A stretch of 64,000 nt of DNA from the human T2T-CHM13v2.0 reference genome, Homo sapiens, in assembly GCF_009914755.1 (NCBI RefSeq), contig NC_060930.1; one strand, written 5' to 3'. Below are positions 35,885 to 50,859 of the stretch, piece by piece (the first letter of the stretch is position 1; each line of letters starts with the position of its first letter). Made by a program: the position numbers and the translations under genes. The notes below the pieces were generated by a model, which was not told the origin of the DNA, searched no databases, and worked only from the letters and a program-made list of their open reading frames with translations.

Positions 35885-36140
35885 TTTTTATATTGCAACT
35901 TTTATTTTAGATTCAAGGGGTCCGTGTGCAGGTTTGCTACATGGGTATATTGTGTGATGCTGAGGTTTGGGGTACAATAGATCCTCTCACCCAGGTACTA
36001 AGCATAGTACCCAATAGTTTTTCCGCCCTCTCCCCCCATTCTTCCTCCCGCCTCTAATAGTCCCCAGTGTCCATGAGTCCCCAGCATTTAGTTCCTACTT
36101 ATAAATGAGAACACTTGGTATTTGGTTTTCTTTTCCTGTG
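35885..36140 (-). mobile_element. L1 3' end (L1PB-like)
   Basis: gtgcaggtttgctacatgggtatattgtgtgatgctgaggtttgggg...ttataaatgagaacac. Confidence 0.8.
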
Positions 36141-36359
36141 AGGAACTGTGCAATTTAATATTTCCTAGATAAAAACAGACATTGTGATTGTTTTACTGGG
36201 TTTTATAATGTTGACATCTACTTTTCCCACCAAAAATTTATGAAACGTTAAGTTTTTCCCTGAATTGGGTTTTATTTTCTCATGAAATAGTCCCTCCTTA
36301 GAAACAGTTTTCCAAGGTAGAGAGCAACGTTTCCAGATCGAATTTACTCTAAACATTCT

Positions 36360-36800
36360 CCTTAATCATTCATTCACTCATTAAGCAAGGAATAACCTAG
36401 TCCCTACCATGAGCAGAGTACATCACTTGCTGAGTTAGGTGCTGTAGATACAACACAGTTTAACACAGAATCCTCACCCTAAAGAGCTTATGGCCTAGGT
36501 AGTAGTATAGTGTAGACACACAGTAAATGTTAAATGGTGATTCAACAGTACCTGAGATGTCACAAGGCTGAGTGTGACTATGTATCAAGTGAATGACATT
36601 GACAGTAAACAAATGCTGGGAGTTCCTAAGAAGGAGAAATTGCTATGACTAGAAGAGGTCAGACAGGCTCTGTGAGAGGTGGAACTGCATCCGGCCTTGA
36701 AAAGCAGGGAGTTCTTAGGAGGGCGATGAAAAGATGTATTATGCATTTCAGACCAGAGCCCAAGGTTTGAGCCAAAGCCCAGTGATGGGAATGAGCAAAA
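36360..36800. mobile_element. L2 fragment
   Basis: cattcattcactcatt...cctcaccctaaagagcttatggcctag. Confidence 0.6.
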
Positions 36801-37329
36801 GTGAAATTTGAGGTGAATCAGGCTGCCTCCCACCTTAGAGGTGGTGAAGGGCTTCGGCTTTGTGTGTGTGTGTGTGTGTGTGCATGTGTGTGCGTTTCTG
36901 TGCTCAATATTACCTGCAAAGTGACCATCCCTGAAACAAAATAGCCAAGAATCCAAGCAATGCAGCATTTAGACCTGGGAAGCAAGAGTGAGCAATGGGG
37001 CTTGAGCTGTCAGAGTCCTGTCAAGGAAGTGAGGGTCCTGAAGCCCTGGACAGTTCTTCCTCTTCCTTCTCAACCCTGCTTTCTTTGTCAGATAAAAGGG
37101 AGACAAACCAGATAAACAGGACACACAGAGATTTTGGGTTTGATTTTACTCTCCCAGGTGTAGTTTTGTCTTCTGTCTACACATAAAGCAATTCCCAACT
37201 TAAACCCATTTTTTTAAGTTTTCAGTGAGGGATATCTGATTTTCTATAGCTTTTTTAAAAGAAAAATTAGAAAGCTTTTCTAATCTAATTTGAAACTGAT
37301 CTTCTCCCACCTTCTTCTTCCTGAGGTTG

Positions 37330-38100
37330 AAATTGAGTAAGTCCCTTTCATAGTCTTCTCTAGGCCAAATAGCTTTATGATTTTAGTTGTTTCTCTAAGG
37401 GCTATTTCTTCAACATATAACCAATTTAAAAAACTGATTTTTTATTAAACACCCTCACATTCTCCGTATTCCACTTTAAAATGCGAACTTAAAGATGGTG
37501 TGGAGTATTCTAGGATAGCCTGTAGCTGGTACTGAGCATCAAGGAAAGAACACTTGTTTTTCTTTTACTAAATCAAACATGCTTTTAAAGCTCAAGCCTG
37601 AACCCTAATAGCTTGTGTTGACGATGATCTCCAGAGCGTTTTCTGTATGACATCACAGAATGAATCCTGCATTTCTGTGGTTTGTTTTTCTTCCCATATG
37701 AATGACACTACAGAACCTCACCCTGTTTATGTCCACCCACTTCTCCAACTTATCAAGATCATTTGCACTTCTATCCAGTTTTCCAAAGTGGAATGTACCA
37801 CACCTGATTTGATGTCATCGCTGAATTTAATAACCACATTCTCTCCCATCATCTAAGTCACTACTAAAAATAGCACTAAGTTAAGACCAACCTCTCTGGA
37901 ATTCCATGAGGTATGCATCTCTGGGCTGCCACTGGACCATTAATAATTACTTAGTGAGAAAAGCCTTCTAATCACTTATGCATCTACCGGATGAGGGGAT
38001 GATTTCAGGGTGCAGTTCTGAATTGCCCAATAGCAAGACAACACTTAAAACTGCACAATACTCAAAACTATTTATGTCTTTGCCTTCTACTTGATTTTTA
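37330..38100 (-). mobile_element. Ancient CR1/L3 LINE reverse-transcriptase fragment
   Basis: Degenerate minus-strand translations in the expected order: DLDDG, VIKFSDDIKSG (=KFADDTKLG), DLDKLEKW, IHMGRK, ILEYS, LFGLEK. Confidence 0.75.
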
Positions 38101-38230
38101 CCCGACTTGTCATACTTTTGAGGAGTAGCAGTTGACTAATGTGATCTTAGTCAAATGCTAATTAAAAAGAAACTGATTGAGACAGTTTCTTTTTAAACAG
38201 AACGGTCTTAATTTTTTTCCAGTAAGCTAG

Positions 38231-38231
38231 T

Positions 38232-38270
<39 letters not shown>

Positions 38271-38293
38271 TGTGTGTGTGTGTGTGTGTGTGT
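38231..38293. repeat. (GT)n microsatellite
   Basis: Visible directly. Confidence 0.95.
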
Positions 38294-39471
38294 CTATAGG
38301 ATAACAATATATTTCTGGATTTGAATGTTAAGACATTGAGTCTAATTTTTTTAGTTTTCTTATTTTTCTTTCAGAAACACATGTGCATTTCTCTCTTTCA
38401 GTCCATAGATACCTTAAGTTTGTGAAGATAATTGCTGGTGATTCTGCGATGACTTCCTTGAAATGCCATACCCTGGTGTTTGCCAGTAATTGTTTATTCA
38501 TTCTGCCACTTGATCTTCCAGGTCATGCATTAACATATGTATTTATATATAATAATGATTTTCAATTTACTGAGTGGAGTATTCATTTGAAGTACTATAA
38601 AAACGCAAGGATTAAAGCGATTCCTACCTCATGTTTGTCACCTAACTGGGACAGACATGACAATTAAACAATAATAAAAACATGCAGGAAGAAAAGGTCA
38701 ATCATACTGCTGAGACTTTGCTGGAAGCTGGTGAATTTTTCTTTGGTACAACTTTGGACTGTAGCCACTTTGATTTAGAGAAGACCCATCGTCGGAAAAG
38801 CCCTCGTGGGAACGTGGAATGCGGGAGCTTTGAGAAGGGGTCTGAAAGAGAAAAGGGAACTAGCTAGGATAGTTGGAGGGAAAGCCAAGGTTCATACAAA
38901 AACAAACGAATTGTTCTCATCTCTGTTTTGGGAAAGGGATTTTCGGTGGCTTCGAAAGGAATTCTGTGTATGAAGGGTATGTAGGGGAAGGGAGACTGTT
39001 TAAAGGAGTCAGCCCTTGTTTTACCTGGCTGCCAGACAAAAGAACCTCCTAGCCACAAGAAATTGGTTGCACAACTCACAATATCTTGTTATGACAAGGG
39101 CTGTTGCTAGCGACTGGTGTTACTGGTGCTGGAATTCTAAAAGGTTGTTTTCTACAAGCCATCCATATATGTTGGATATTGTGACTCAAATGTTGATTGT
39201 GGTTAACCTGCACAGAGATGGGAGTAGAAGTGATTCCTCCAGGAAGGCTAGCTGGATTGCAGCTAGTCCATCTGCATACTGTTAGGGAACATGCCAACTG
39301 ATGAGGCCAGGTCTAGTGCTGTGATCTCCCCTCACTCATCCCTCACTCAGCCATCTCCAGCCCAGTGGCCAAAATTGAAACCTGACGTGGTATTATCTCT
39401 TCTTATAGCCTGGGCTAGGATCCTCACCCCTGGGATCAGTCTTGGGGTGAGTCAATAAAAGAGTGGCCATC

Positions 39472-39788
<317 letters not shown>

Positions 39789-40733
39789 CTATACGAAGTG
39801 GTGAAGTGAGTGGTGTCTTCTACTTTACTCTATCCTATTAGTTGAAAGGAATAGTTTATTGTGCTTCCTAACAACCAAACCTGGCCCCGAGGACATGAGA
39901 TTCCAGATGTCTAACCTGCAAAGTGGAGTGTGAGGGGGTCAGAGACAGGACGAAGAGAGCACGGCATGAAAACGGTTGGGCTAGAATGCTGTGATGCCCT
40001 GGAAAGACATTGACAGGCCATCTGTAGTGGGTGGATGTCGGTGCCAAAGATGCGGGCTGAGGAAAAGGGGGCTAGGGATTCCCAAACTTTGCCAATAGCT
40101 GCCTTCTTCTCATCTCTTTTCCTCTTATTCTCTTACATGTCTACTACTAAGCCTAATAAGACTTAATAAGACTAATATTAAGTGTCTAAAGCATCCTGCT
40201 CTGTACCAAAGATCTCTGAATGAGGCTACTGTTTATTGTATTCTTTGTTAGGTGAAAGGTTAAAAAAAAAGTGCGTGTTTTTTTAATCCGGTTCATTCAG
40301 GTTTGAATATAGAGCAGAGCAAAATACAATGAAGAGTATTGTACATTAATGGTCCCAGTTTCTTGAGATACTGAGAGAATATAGCTTTGTGTTCTCGCCA
40401 TAAATTAAAGGGAGACCTTCCAAAGCCTTGACTGATGTCCTTCTTAGATTTTTGTAGTATTGAAGCCTGTGGACATTGGTATGTGGAGAGATTTGAGTCT
40501 CAGCTAGTATAAGCTTGGTTGCTGAGTTGCAAGTCCTTCTTACCAAACAAGCACACAATAGCAGCTTCCATAACAGAGTAATATATTTCATGATGGGTGC
40601 CAGATAGGGCAAAGGGAATGTGTTATCCCGTGGTAGATCAACCCATCTCTTTGATACCGGCTGGAAACAGAAGTTGAAACTTGCCACCGGTTGCATAAGT
40701 GATTCCTTGTATACGATATGTCTAATTACAAAT

Positions 40734-41032
40734 TTTTTTTTTTTTTTTTTGAGATGGAGTCTCACTGTGTCACCCAGGTTGGAGTGCAATGGTGCAATCT
40801 TGGCTTACTGCAGCCTCTGCATCTTAGGTTCAAGGGATTCTTGTGCCTCAGCCTACTGAGTAGTTGGGATTACAGGCACATGCCATCATGCCCAGTTAAT
40901 TTTTGTATTTTTAGTAGAGATGGGGTGTCACCATGTTGGCCAGACTGGTCTCGAACTCCTGACCTTAGGTGATCCTCCAGCCTCGGCCTCCCAAAATGCT
41001 GGGATTACAGGCGTGAGCCACCGCTCCTGGCC
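40734..41032 (-). mobile_element. AluSx-like
   Basis: TSD taattacaaattttt. Confidence 0.92.
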
Positions 41033-41059
41033 TAATTACAAATTTTTAAGTATAAAAAT

Positions 41060-41533
41060 TGTATTAGGGTTCTCAAGAGGGACAGAACTAATGGAATAAA
41101 TAAATAAATAAATTATATATATATATATACACACATATATATAAAGGGGAGTTTATTAAGTATTAACTCACACAATCACAAGGTCCCACAATAGGCCATC
41201 TGCAGTCTGAGGAGCAAGGAGAGCCAGTCCAAGCTCCAAAACTGAAGAACTTGGAGTCCAATGTTCAAGGGCAGGAAGCATCCAGCACGGGAGAAAGATG
41301 CAGCCTGAGAGGCTAGACCGATCTCTCTTTTCAACTTTTTCTGCCTGCTTTTTATTCTAGCCATGCTGGCAGCTGATTAGATTGTGCCCACCCAGATTTA
41401 GGGCCCGTCTGCCTTTCCCAGCCCACTGACTCAAATGTTAATCTCCTTTGGCAACAACCTCATAGACACACCCAGGATCAATATTTTGTATCCTTCAATC
41501 CAAGCAAGTTGACATTGAGTATTAACCATCCCA
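41060..41533 (-). mobile_element. MLT2A (HERV-L) solo LTR
   Basis: tgtattagggttctc..agagggacagaactaat; ggggagtttattaagtattaactcacacaatcacaaggtccc; aagttgacattgagtattaaccatc. Confidence 0.88.
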
Positions 41534-42040
41534 GTAGTCATTAGCTTCTGGGTGGAGAACTTGCTGTTTTATTTGAATAGAATCTGGGTAATGTTCAGTC
41601 CCAAGATATACTTTCTCTGCTTTCAAAAAGCAGGGTTAGGTGTTACTTTTTTTATGCATAATGCAAGTAGAGGGGAATATTGTTACATACTATAGGCTGA
41701 AATGGAATTTCTCGCATTTTGCCATAAGGTTGTTAAGGTGTGTTAATGCACTAACTTTGCATGCGTGAATGCACACACTTAGGGCATTTGGAACTTGTGG
41801 AAGAGTCTCTTGCTGGGCCCTTGCAGGGGCTGGCCGTGGCAGGAGTCACAGCTGAATGGGAAGCTGGAAGGACTATCCCTTGATTACTTACAGCCACTTT
41901 CTACACTGCTTGCCTGTGCTGGGAAGCTTTGTTTGTAAATTCCTGCTTGACTTTAGGTTTCATCACTGATTAGTCCTCTGTTCATTTTTTTCTGATGAAG
42001 CTGCTATTAGTTGTTTCAGTAAGAAATATCTATGTATGTT

Positions 42041-42506
42041 GCACACGTATGTTTATTGTGGCACTATTCACAATAGCAAAAACTTGGAACCAACCCAAAT
42101 GTCCATCAATGATAGACTGGATTAAGAAAATGTGGCACATATACATGATGGAATACTATGCAGCCATAAAAAAGGATGAGTTCATGTCCTTTGCAGGGAC
42201 ATGGATGCAGCTGGAAACCATCATTCTGAGCCAACTATCACAAGGACAGAAAACCAAACACTGCATGTTCTCACTCATAGGTGGGAATTGAACAATGAGA
42301 ACACATGGACACAGGGTGGGGAACATAGCACACTGGGGCCTGTCCTGGGGTGAGGGGCAGGGGGAGGGATAGCATTAGGAGAAAGACTCAATGTAAATGA
42401 CGAGTTAATGGGTGCAGCAAACCAACATGGCACATGTATACCTATGTAACAAACCTGCACGTTGTGCACGTGTACCCTAGAATTTAAAGTATAATTAAAA
42501 AAAAAA
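42041..42506 (+). mobile_element. 5'-truncated L1PA (ORF2 C-terminus plus 3' UTR)
   Basis: RMFIVALFTIAKTWNQPKCPS...MFSLIGGN; poly-A tail; TSD aagaaatatctatgtat. Confidence 0.95.
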
Positions 42507-42639
42507 AGAAATATCTATGTATCAACACCTCACTTGCCCATTGATGCCAAGGCCTGTGGTGTTTCAAATGAGTGTAATTTCAGAATAATGGATCACATTC
42601 CTTCAGAAGTGCCTTTTAACCCAATTTAAGAATTGTTCT

Positions 42640-43072
<433 letters not shown>

Positions 43073-43169
43073 CTAAACTTTTTCTGAGCCGTAGTCTACT
43101 TCTGTGTAAAAGGGAAATGAATACGCTTACTTCTTCTTTGAGGTTGTTGAGCACAGTAAATGAGGTCAT

Positions 43170-43868
<699 letters not shown>

Positions 43869-44479
43869 TATGTAAGGAGATGAACCTAGTGACCAGCTTT
43901 TTAAAAGTCACACATTAAGCTGTAGTAAGTCTAAGCTGGCTTCTAATAGTTTGGGAGCTGATAGTTGAATTTTCTGGAAGTTCTTGAGCAGGTTGACCTG
44001 ATTTGGTAGCTTGAAATCAGTTATGGTGAAAGTATGAATCAGACTTTTTCTTCCCCTTGGAGAGTTGGTTGTTAAACATTTAGGAGTACACCATTGATAA
44101 TAACTATCAATTCCCCTTCAGCATAGCTCCAAATTATAATCCTCCTAGCCTTTCAAAAAAAAAAGCCAAATAGAATTTAAAATGATCCTATAAAGAGGAT
44201 TTAAGATAATCACAGTAAACTTCAGTCACTTGCCATATTATAGCACAGAGATGCTGCCAGGGCCCATTGAAATTTTCTCTATAGGACTAGAGAATGCTCT
44301 ATTTTTTGCGGTTTTTATCTTTGCTCTCTGTAATTTTTTCTTTCTCTCATTATACCAGGTTAGTTGGTGTGGCTGTCTCTAATAGCTCCTTCCCACTTCT
44401 TATTTGCTATTTCTGATCATTTTGTTAGCTGAAAAATCAGCTTTAACATTATATGTAAAGTAAAAGTAACTGGTTCCCA

Positions 44480-45650
44480 ATTAAAGAATGGGCAAAGGAT
44501 CTGAATAGACTTTTCTCCAAGGAAAATATACAAAGGGTCAATAAGCACATGAAAAGGGGTACCAGATCATTAGTCATTGGGGAAATGCAAATCAAAACCA
44601 CAATGAGATACCACTTCACACCCACTGTCTACAATCAAAAAGCCCAATAATAAGAAGTTGATGAGGATGTGGAGAAATTGGGACCATTATCACTGTTGGC
44701 AGGAATGTAAAATGGTACAACAATGTTGGAAAATAGTCTGGAAGTTTTTCCAATAATTGCACAATTAGTGTATGACCCAGTACTTCTGCTCCTCAGCATA
44801 TATCCAAGAGCAATGAAAACATATGTCCACACAGAAATGTATGAGTATAAGAATGTTTACAGCAGCATTATTCACGATGGCCACAGTGGAAAGAACCTAA
44901 ATGTCCATCAACTGAAAAAGAAATAGTAAAAATTTGGTATATCCAGTCCATGGAATATTATTTGGCCATAAAAAGGCATGAAGCACTGATACATGCTACA
45001 GTATGGATAAACTTTATTTATTTATTTATTTATTTAGAGACAGGGTCTCGCTCTGTCACTCAGGCTGGAATGCAGTGGTGCAATCCTGGCTCACTGACAC
45101 CTCCCCTGCCTGGACTCAAGCTGTCTTCCCACCTCAGCCTCTTAAGTAGCTGGGACTATAGGCTTGCACCACCACACCCTGCTAATTTTTGAAGAGACGG
45201 GGTTTCACCATGTTGCCCAGGCTGATCTCTAACTCCTGGGCTCCAGTGATCCCCGAACCTTGGCCTCCCAAAATGCTGGGATTACAGGCATGAGCCACCG
45301 TGCCCAGCCTGGATAAACTTTAAGCACATTATGCTAAGTGAAAGAAGTCAGTCACAAATGACCATGTATTCTATGACTCCATTCATGTGAAAGTCCAGAA
45401 CAGAACAATCTATAGAGATAGAAAGTAGGTTATTGTTTGCTTAGGGCTGGGGTGGAAACGAAGATAGGGAGGCAGGAGAGTAACAGCTAAAAGTTATGAG
45501 ATTTCTCACTGAGGTGATAAAAATGTTCTAAAATTGTCTGTGGTGATAGGTGTACATATCAGTAAATGTCTTAAAAACCATTGAATAGAACACTTTAATG
45601 GATGCATTTTATGCCATGTGAATTACATCTCAATAAAGCTGTTAAGATTT
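44480..45650 (+). mobile_element. Old L1M 3' fragment with an inserted antisense AluJ (45013-45309)
   Basis: aaatgcaaatcaaaaccacaatgagataccac...atgctaagtgaaagaagtcag...acatctcaataaagctgtt. Confidence 0.88.
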
Positions 45651-47519
45651 TTAAAATATATGTTATCATGAACTATCATTTAATTCATAAACAGCAAGCA
45701 TGATCTAAACTGAAGAAAAATATTCTTATGCAATTAATATATTAATGAATTTTTTAAAAAGTGAACTGGCTTTGGCTTTGAGGGACAATCTGAAGGGTTC
45801 ATGAGAAAGGGAAATGCATGGATTTTTGACATCTATTTTCACTGTTCAGGAATCTTTTTCTTTTTGGCTATATTCTGGAGAGTTATTGCCTTGGGTAAGT
45901 AATGTCCATCTGAATGAGTTGTTTACAAGAATTTTAATTGCCTTTTAGATGACCAGTACTGAAGGGACTGAAGATGTTTCTCTCTGTCTCTCTGCATTTT
46001 TGTATATGTGTAAGTTTAACAGTTTTGGATGATGGTGGTGGTAATACTGCCATTCATAAAAGATGCTTTAATATCTGGTCTCTGTAGAGACTGGGGGATG
46101 GTGAGGTATGAGTGGAAGCTGAGAGGGCAATATTGATATGTTGGTATCCACGAGTCGTCATTGGTAGAACTACAGATAAATGATGAGTAAAACTTTCCTA
46201 AAATAGCAAGTGATTCAGCAGCTGTGTATATATATATATATATTTTTTTTTCTTTTGAAAAGAAGCTTGTAAGACATTTGATACAAAGAGTGGAGAGGTA
46301 AAGATACTTATGTAAACACTGACCCATGCCAGTAACTTTCCACTTGATATAACCCTCTTGTGTGATGCCAACACTTAGCAAAATGTCTGCCTTTTATGAT
46401 TTGCAGAGTTGCTGTGGAAAATGTTACCTTATGCCCTCTTTTAGAAAGAATCTACATATTTGAAGAGGAAAATATCTATATGTCACTTGAAATGTTTCAG
46501 TAAGCATTTAAATGCGTGTCTAATATATATCATTTCTTAAGGGTAAGCTGATCCTTTACAGAATACTTATACACCACTTGCAGGATTTAAAAAAAATTGC
46601 TATGCTGAGACTCTTTTTGCAGTGAAATTCAAATTTTAGCTTCTATTAATGCTATTGTTACATCAGTATTTGGTTTGTTCTTGCTCGTGCTTTATTGCTA
46701 TTCATTCTTAGTTCATTTTTGTTTACCACAGTGCAAAAGGATTAGATTTCGGGAAGGAAAACACACAGGGAAAGGTACTTCTGAAGTCCCGTACCACATC
46801 AATTGCTTGAACATGGTAAATAGTAAATACAGGCTAAGAAGCACCCAAGACTCTAACAACTCGACTCCAGTCTTCTGGTGAGGTGTAAATGCTGCAGGAA
46901 GGGAATTAGTCAGTAGTTGTCCTCGCTTTCCAACCCACCCATTTTTTCCCTCACCCTCCATGCACCTGCCCACTTGTGCAATCCTTAGCTTGACTGTGAG
47001 GATGTCATTTTCTCAACAAGCACTGGGTCAATTGTAAAGCACTTTGGCATTGGGGGAGAGTATTTCTTTCAGGCCTCCATCAATGGATGCTTAATCTCTG
47101 GAAGCCTGGGGTTTAGTTCCTCCTGACTTCAGTAACCATAGCTGCCAATCTCAGCTAAACATCTGAGGAGAAGGAAAGGACAGAGAGGCAAACAGATCTT
47201 ACTGCTCCTGGTGGTCAGGTCCATGGATAAATTGCCTCTTGGAGAAGAGGGAAGAGGGAAAGTGTGCAATGATTTGTGTATCTGGGAACTTACAAGATAA
47301 GGTGAACTCAATAACTTAACTGTTGGATTAACCTGGCACTTGTCTTTATTTCATTGGAGTTGATACATAATATCAATATGAAATCAATATGCAACTTTCT
47401 GGGCTTGGAAGAAGAGACAAAATATCATAAATGATTTTAGAAATAGCATCTATGAAATTTTACTTTTTGTTTGTTTTATTTTTGAGACAAAGTCACAAAT
47501 TACGTCTATGAAACTTTAC

Positions 47520-47821
<302 letters not shown>

Positions 47822-48379
47822 TAATGGGTATATTCCCTTATTTCCCATCTTAGAACAAATGAAATATGGCTACTGTAGGTTGGAAGATGGACTGGCTTTC
47901 ATGAGGAAAAACAGAACTCCAACAGCTCACAGCATCTCACATCAGAAGAAAATCCAGGTTATCTTTGATGCCATTTACAGACAGTTTCTAGTCTACCTAA
48001 ATCTAAGTTACAAAATTATTACTCTACATTTTTACCTTTATGGAAAACATGTATGCCCTCCTTATATTCAACTTTTCTTTGTTCAAATTATTAACTAATT
48101 GCTCACTTAAAAAAACACTTCTCATATAAAATTTTGCCTGTCCCTTCCCACTGCTCCTAATTATTTTCCTGGATGTTATCAGATGCTGCTTTCTATTTTC
48201 ACCATCTTCCTTTGGTAATAAGATGACTTTAACTAAATGTAGGACAAATGGGTACAATGATCTTGTAGCAACACTGGAATATATTCTCTGTTATTCTTAC
48301 TACAATTTAACAGTATATTTACTTTTCTGCTTTAAAATTCTGTTGAGCATCATGCATACATCTTCATTAAGATGTGTTC

Positions 48380-48900
48380 TGTGAGCCTACATCTTTTTCC
48401 TGTAAGGTTAGAACTAATTCAGAACTTACCCAAGTGGATGAGTAATTTAAGTTGCTACTTCCAATGTGCATGACTTTGCACTTGTCTGTTCTGAGCTTCA
48501 TCTGCCACTGTTTTGCCCAATTACTGAGTTTGGATTCTATGTTTTTCACATCCATCTGTGTAAACTTAGGGAACCAAAATAGTTTTGTGTAGTCAGCAAA
48601 TCTCAGCACCTCATTATTTAGTCCATTTTCTAGGATGTTACCACGTATCCTGGAGGACAGTGCTCTTGCATCGATCGCTGACACCCCACAATTAACTCCT
48701 TTCCATGCTGAGAGCTGGTCGTTTATTCTTTTGCTCCGCCTCTATCTCTTAACCCACTTTTAACCTATGATTGACAGCTCTTTACCTCTTGCCCAGTAGT
48801 TACCAAGTTTCCTTAATAGTCTCCTGTGTAGGACTTTATCAAAAGCCCTTTGAGAGTCTAAATAAATTACATCCAGTAGTTTTCCTTTACCCACCATTTT
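48380..48900 (-). mobile_element. Ancient CR1-clade LINE reverse-transcriptase fragment, unusually readable
   Basis: DVIYLDSQRAFDKVLHRRLLRKL, then RINDQLSAWKGVNCGV, LRFADYTKLF, WAKQWQMKLRTDKCKVMHIG, QEKDVG. Confidence 0.88.
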
Positions 48901-49659
48901 GTGGTCTCCACAAAATTCTGCATTAAAAATACTAAAGACACATAAAGAAAATAACAACTTCCAAATGTTCTTCTCTTCTTTTTGGATATGCTGGTTTGTC
49001 ATCTGGTACTGCTTTTTTTCTCCTTTCCTTTAATATTAATTTTCTGTTTGTGTCAACCCCAGCCTGTCACTGAACCTCTGCAAACCAAGATGCATTCCCT
49101 GTCTCATATTAATGCTGCAACATAACTGATAAGATTTTGAGTGACTTTACGAGGTAAATAAATTCCACTGGTTGGCTCCTTCTGCACTGTAAGAAACATG
49201 CCTTGCTAACTCTTTCACTTATTTACCAGCTTGTCAGAAATTTCAAGAAAGCAAATTTTCCCTTTGGGAGCAAACATTCCAATATTTTGGTTTCAGGGGC
49301 ATGATACCTTGTCATGACTTCTTTTTTCTGTAAAGATATTTATTTGGGCCACATACATCCTACACCAACGATGCCTCAACTTAAACAGACAAAAAAAAAA
49401 AGGAATTAAAAAAAGGAACTTTGAAAATGTGTGATAAGTAACACAACAGTCTCCTTTGTCATAATTTCCTGGTTTGATCCTGACTTTGTTTGCCAGGAGT
49501 GATCACTCTTCATATTCATGAAAGCATTGATCACGCTGGTGTGGGAACTATAAAGCAATACTGAGGGGAGTCTGAGCACTGGCATTTTCACTTACATACC
49601 TTTTGAAACTTGAAATAACCTTATGAAGTCGGTAAGTATGCATTATTATTATTATTATG

Positions 49660-49936
49660 TTTAATTTTTAGAAAGACAGCTTTCACTCTGTTGCCCAGGC
49701 TGGAGTGCAGTGGTGTGATCTTAGCTCACTGCAACTGCGAACTCCTTGGTTTAAGTGATTTTCTTGCCTCACCCTCTGAGTAGTTGTGACTGCAGGCGCT
49801 CATCATCATATCTGGCTAATTTTTAATTTTTTTGTAGAGATGAAGCGAGTCTCCCTATGTTGCCCAAGCTGGTCTGGAACTCCCGGCCTCAAGCTATATT
49901 CCCCTCTTGACCTCCCAAAGCTCTGGGATTGTGGGG
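49660..49936 (-). mobile_element. AluJ inserted in a MIR
   Basis: Diverged Alu with MIR-like flanks. Confidence 0.85.
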
Positions 49937-49964
49937 ATGAGCCACTGAGCCCGGCCAAGTCACA

Positions 49965-50016
<52 letters not shown>
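49965..50016. repeat. (ATT)n microsatellite
   Basis: About 17 units. Confidence 0.95.
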
Positions 50017-50859
50017 TAGAGTAAACGGAAACCTAAGTGATAGATCATTTGTCCAAGGTCATGGAACATTTTAACGATCTTGGATAAAATCCAAGTTTTC
50101 AGATCCTTCATCCACAACCCCTTCTCTTCTTCCACGCTGCCATTGTGAGTTTCTCTCTTTCTTTGAGGTGAACATGTAAAAGATTTAAGCCATTTTAAAA
50201 ATTACTTGTAGCTCCTTATCTACTATTTCTTTCAAAGTCTTTTCAAGAAACATGCAGTTGTCAATGTGGAGGAGACTCTCGTTGCCCTCTTATATCTCAT
50301 ACCTGCCAAATCTTACCCTTTCAAAGTGAAGGACATTTTCATTTTCGGTTAATATTAAGACTACCTAAAAAGCATTTTGCTCTCTGAGGCAAGCTTTTCT
50401 TCAGTGTTTCAACAAACCATTTATATATTTTTTATCATTTTTTTTCCTTACAAAAAAGTCTCCCTCATTTAAATTGTCACAGCTTGGGAATCCTGCCTGG
50501 AATACATAATAACTGCTTGTAACACTTAAAATGAAAACAAATTTACCAAGGATGGTGGAATGACAACAAAGAACAAGAAAAATATAAGTACATGGAAAAT
50601 AGTCTCTCCTACGCATACATTTTCAGTGTTAAGTATTTTTTATTGAAATTGCTGTTTCCTATTCTCCTGCTTAGCTCCTCTTCATCCGGATTTTTTTTTT
50701 TTTTGGTGGGGGGGTTAGGGGGGAGTTTAAAATCAAAACATCTAAAGAGAGAGAAGAATGAACCATTATAATTGTTATTTGATTTCTTGGGTTCAGAAAG
50801 TAACATTTGATGAAGTAATACTGAGTCTTAGCAGAACACTGATGGATAGGTAGGTAGAG

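Noticed and set aside
40346-40789. 147-aa minus-strand ORF
   Set aside because: Begins inside an Alu and has no recognisable homology.
41995-42291. 98-aa ORF resembling a real protein
   Set aside because: C-terminus of L1 ORF2 in a 5'-truncated copy.
45949-46009. Possible small + strand exon (ttttag...gtaagt)
   Set aside because: Splice-like motifs alone are common and there is no supporting context.
48367-49002. RT-like ORFs as a functional or domesticated reverse transcriptase gene
   Set aside because: Frameshifts, a catalytic DD-to-DY change and no intact full domain; kept only as a fossil or regulatory candidate.
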